Below, one piece after another: positions 56,601-64,000 of a stretch of DNA of 64,000 bases. Source of the stretch: the human T2T-CHM13v2.0 reference genome, Homo sapiens. Position numbers and translations under genes: made by a program. Every line of letters starts with the position of its first letter. Position 1 is the stretch's first letter. The notes under the pieces were generated by a model. The model saw only the letters and a list, made by a program, of their open reading frames with translations. It did no database searches and was not told the DNA's origin. The stretch lies in the NCBI RefSeq assembly GCF_009914755.1, contig NC_060934.1. The stretch is one strand, 5' to 3'.

Positions 56601-58502
56601 TACAAAAATAAAATAAAATAAAAGCTTATTGCCATCTCGTGGATTTAAAAAATGTATTTTCTTGGAAAAGAGCATAAACATTTAAAGAAACATTAAGGTT
56701 GCAAATTCCATTAGTAAATACGATCTTGAGTCTAGCTGAAGTAAAATAATTTTTTTCTGTGAATGATAGAATTCCCAAAGAAAGTCTTTGGATAACTATA
56801 GTAGTCAATTCTAGGCAAACTCCTTTAATGTATAATGTGCTCATTGGCATTTGGATTATTTAATCCATCAATAAGCTATCCTTACCCCCGACAGTTAATT
56901 GAAGCTCATATGGTTTAAGGTATTTCTGTTGTATTGGTTGCATTGCATAGTTTTCACAACTTAATTTGTTTTTATTGCCAAAATAAATCATTTTGTGTCT
57001 TTTTTCCACTAACACTTTTCAGCTTCAAATTGCCCTGTCATCTCCCACATATTAGAGAAGATATATAAAACGAACTGTGGCTTTTTCTGGGTGTCATAGT
57101 ATTTTAAAATGGCTTTCGTTAGCCATTTTGATTTTCAGCAGTAAACTTGAGTCATACCATGGGGAATTAAGAAGAAGCAGAGGGTTTCTCCTCCACAAAG
57201 GTATAGAATATTTCCTTTTTAGCTTAGTCTAATCCCAAGCTTCCTTAGTTTGTATTGATGCCACTGCCTTACACAGGTTGGTCTTTAAGTAAGTGGTCTT
57301 GTCTCTGCCTGTATCATTAGCCAGTGAATCATTGCAGAATCTAGGGATTAAAATTTCTTAAGCATGCATTTAGAGGAAAAATAACATCCCTTCATTTAGG
57401 GGACTAAAGCAATGATAGGATAGGTAATTAAGACCCTGAAAACGACAACTTCCAAAATACCCTAAAGAAGAAAATGTGAAGTGTAAGCCTGATTACATTA
57501 GAAATATTTAGGCTCTGGTTAGATTTGATGATTTATAAAATACTATGAGAGTATCAGAGTGCTGGGCACATAGAATGTACTCAGCCAAGGTTTGCTGATT
57601 TCTTGGTAAATATTATTCATCTAGAATGATGTGGATGCTGTTTTATTTAAATTCTGGCAGTCAGTGAGCTTTATATCTCTATGTGTGACGGTGCAAATCA
57701 AATTGTGCCATTATTTATTCAATTTTAAACGCTCATTGTGTACTAGACACTTTGCCAAGTGCTTGTATTTCGACAAATACCCTTGTTTAGTGATTTATAT
57801 ATTAGACATAGGTACATAATAGAAGGCCTTGCATTGCAGACTGAGACGGTTGTATTGACTTGGCAGGTAGTGGGAATTCATTGCACACACATGAACAAGA
57901 AAATGCAGTAAAAGTATGTTTTAGAAGGATTAATTTAGGTGTGTCCTATAGGACAAATGAAACTGTGAAGGAAGTAAAGATGGGACCCCAGTTTGGAACT
58001 CAGTGGGTAATTCAGGAGGCAAGTAGGTAGTGTAAGATTGTGGCTGGTCAATCTGATTTTTGTGGTCAGTGAGTTGATTGGGTTCTCTTGGCCATTCTGA
58101 ATGTTTGGAAACCCCTAATCTAGGGACTTTTCTTTCCTTCTGTTATGTTATTGGAGGAGAAAAAATATTATGGTGAGTTTTGAAACAGACTTTTAGTTGT
58201 TTTGACTCATGTGGATTGACGTTATTTTGAAGTAGCAAAACCATTCCATGTAAGAAACTGCAACATGAGACAACATTTTAGACCATGACTTGAGGATTTC
58301 AAAACATTGAAAACACAATGTATGATAATCAGTCCTTTAATGCTTGGGTGACTACTCTTTGACGTGTATTTACTAATAATTTTTTTGGTATATGATGGTA
58401 TCTGTTACATGGCAGAGTTGAATAGTGATACTTAAAAATCATTTTCTATTTAGAATCAGTGAGACAAAAACCCTATTATACTTTTCTTAAAAAACATACT
58501 TG

Positions 58503-58851
58503 CAGTAGTCCTCCCTAATCCATGGGGCATATGTACCAAGACTCCCAGGGGATCCCTGAAAGCTCAGATAGAACCAAATCCTATATGCACTATAATTTTT
58601 CTGTACATACATGCCTATGATAAAGTTTAAATAAATTATGCACTGTAAGAGATTAACAACAATAACTAATAATAAAATAGAGCAATTGTAACAGGACAGT
58701 GTAGTAAAAGTTATATAAATGTGCAATCTCTCTCTTTCTCTCTCTCTCAAGATATTTTATTGTACTGACCTCATCTATTTTCAGACAGGAGTTTGAATGT
58801 GGGTAACTGAGACTTTGGAAAGCAAAACTCGAGATAAAAGGGATTACTGTA
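58503..58851 (-). mobile_element. MER44A-like (Tigger7-derived MITE)
   Basis: Terminal inverted repeats cagtagtcctccctaatc / gataaaagggattactg; internal agagattaacaacaataactaataataaaatag. Confidence 0.9.
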
Positions 58852-59182
58852 TTAAAGTTAGAAATGTTGCTGAAGTGATATTTTGGAATTTTCTATGAAA
58901 TAAAGTATTCAGTACTTTCCATGAGTTACCTATATTCTCCCAACATCATCTGTCTTCACTTTCATTATTCTTTTTCCATTTTCTTATTCTTTTAGGGCCT
59001 CTACCTTACATCATGCTGTTATTACCCCCAGAATGTTTAATTTCAATTTCTGCATCTTCAAGAACCATTTAACATACTATAGGAATCAGCAAAGATGATT
59101 CATAAAAATAACTTTGCATGTTTTTAATTCTTAGGAGTTTGCAAAACCTTTCTTATCAATTATCTCATTTTAATTTTCTTAA

Positions 59183-59658
<476 letters not shown>

Positions 59659-60849
59659 CGCCAATTTCTTTTAAGAATGGAGCCTTTCACTTTCCCCCAT
59701 TGACTCCTTTACACCGAGACTCTTTCAATGCTTAACGCAAGACTAGTTACAAAGACTTAATTAGTAACTGTGAGCACTTTCTAATTCAATGGAATATCTA
59801 CTAGATTTACTGATGGACATCATATATATGATGCCAGATAACAGAATTTTTAACGGAAAGTTCCTACTTTTGGACAAGATGTGACAATAAAAATGTTAAA
59901 GATTTGTTACATTATTGAGAAAATGAAAAGGGTCAAAGAATTTCAATAATGACAGTACTAAATAAAATTTGCTTATGTATTTCCTAATTATTGAAACTGC
60001 CAAAAAGTTCTGATAACTTCTCCAGTTTCCTGTTGTAGAAGGCATGGTAATTTATTAGCAATTTTAAATGATTGGGTCATGACAGTTCATATATTTTATA
60101 CATCTTGTTACTATGCAAAGCCCATATTGACAGTGTACTAATTCTCAGTGTCCTTCTCAACTAACTGAAAGAATGCCTAGCTTATCTTAATTTCTAGTTA
60201 CTTCTTCATGCAGTCATCTTACGTTGTTAGATATTTTGGAAAGGTTTTGACTGCTGGTTCCAGCTCAAGTTCATGTGTTAATACTTGACATGTTTCTGGT
60301 AATGTTGACATTGAGTGCTTACTAAGTGCCTAGTTAAGTGACTAGTAGATGTTTCTCATGATGGATTCCTAAATGATGGAACTCCAGCTGATACTGAAAT
60401 AATTTGACTGTTTAAAATAAGATTCAGGTTCATGCAAAGTTAAAGCTGCTTGTTTTTCCTCCTAAGATCTTAAACATTTCACTTATGTTTATTTCTGCCA
60501 CTACTCCACACAATAAACATCAATGCATTATTATCCATTATTCTAGAGCAGCAACGTTAACCTGAGTATGCCAATAAAGACAAAGGGGTCAGGGAATTTC
60601 CATTCTCTAATTAAGGAAAACAAGAAGCCCAGAAGAGGGTCAACATCATCAGGAAGCCGAGGAAATGTTTAGGTTAATAATGGAAAAGCAAAGGAAGAGG
60701 TTAGTGAAGTTTGAAAAAAATCGGGCCAACAACTGGTAGACCCAGGACTTAAATCCAGTTCTGTCTAAGTCCAAAGTCAGGTACTTCTTTTTCAGCCTTG
60801 CTGCCCTGCTTCCATAAATGGATGTCACGAAGCTATGTGGTAGAGCTAA

Positions 60850-61600
<751 letters not shown>

Positions 61601-62126
61601 CCTTGGTGGCCATGATAGTTGCCATCAAAACTCCACCCTCTTCTTTTCACTATGCAGATTATTTTGTCCAGATTTAATATTCATAGCATGAAATTCAAAA
61701 CTGAAAATCATCATTCTCTCTCTATTTTATGTCTGTATAGGTTGCTCTACTTCCTACATGAGTTTATAATGGTTGACCTCAAATGAGTGGTTGGTCACAA
61801 GGAACACACACAAAAAAATCCTGAGAACTTACGTCCCCTTTTCTTTTCTAGAATGTTGAAATAGTTTGAATAGTGTCTCCTAGGATCAATCTTTTGGCTG
61901 CTCTTTTCATGCTGTTTCTTTCTGCTTTCTTCAGACTTGAAAAAAAAATTCAGAGAGAAGAATGGGTAATAAAAAGAAAAATTCAGTTTAAGCATTTTGT
62001 ATTAAATTCTATGTGCCTTTCAGTCGTCCAGTGTTCCCCCACCTCCGTACTTGTTAGTGCTACGGAAGGGCATCTCTGTTTAGATCAGTGATGTGCAAAT
62101 ATTACTGTCTCCAGATCCCTTTAAAC

Positions 62127-62436
62127 TTTTTTTTTTTTTTTTTTTTTTTTTTAGCAGACAGGATCTGACTCCTGCCCTGGCTGGAGTGTGGTGGCGTGAT
62201 TGATCTCGGCTCACTGCAGCCTCAACTTCCTGGGCTCAGGTGATCCTCTCAGCCTCCATGTAGCCAGGGCTACAGGTGTGCACCACCACACCTGGCTAAT
62301 TTTTGTATTTTTTTTTTTGTAGAGATGGGGTTTTGCCATGTTGGCCAGGCTGGTTTCAAACTCCTGAGCTCAAGTGATCCACCCAACTCAGCCTCCCAAA
62401 GTGCTGGAATTACAGGTGTGAACCACTGTGCCCGGC
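62127..62436 (-). mobile_element. AluJb-like
   Basis: Full dimer; TSD taaactttt. Confidence 0.93.
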
Positions 62437-62597
62437 CTAAACTTTTCAAAAGTATTGAGGACTTATTAATAATAATTTGTTTATTGTGAGTTATATCTCT
62501 TGATATTTGCTATGTCAGAAATTAAAGATGAGAGTTTAAAAAATTGCCCAAGAACTTCTTTAAAAATATAAACCTCTACATCTTTACATAAATGAGA

Positions 62598-64000
<1,403 letters not shown>

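Overview
This is AT-rich primate (probably hominoid) nuclear DNA, and it is non-coding. I found no credible host protein-coding exon, CpG island, structural RNA gene or prokaryote-type system. Nearly all ORFs in the supplied track are chance translations of Alu, LTR or L1 sequence; the only real protein homology is the L1 ORF2p C-terminus. Interspersed repeats are abundant. They include about 29 Alu elements or fragments (J, S and Y types), six L1 pieces (five on the minus strand, including a young L1PA2/3-type element cut by the window end), many L2/MIR pieces and one CR1/L3 relic. There are also solo LTRs (MER66-, THE1-, MSTB-, MLT1-, MER4-group- and LTR16/33-like) and DNA transposons (MER30, MER5, MER20, Tigger4a, MER44). 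Repeat families were assigned by eye against remembered consensus sequences, so subfamily names and boundaries are approximate. The antisense bias of the L1s suggests the window lies in an intron or lncRNA transcribed on the + strand. I could not identify the locus. I cannot support a new biological system. The best leads are (i) a compact candidate enhancer at about 11.5 kb with adjacent TCF/LEF and RBPJ sites and a 21-nt palindrome, (ii) candidate non-coding + strand exons converging on a candidate minus-strand terminal exon, and (iii) clear retrotransposition fossils: a twin-primed L1 and several rearranged Alus.
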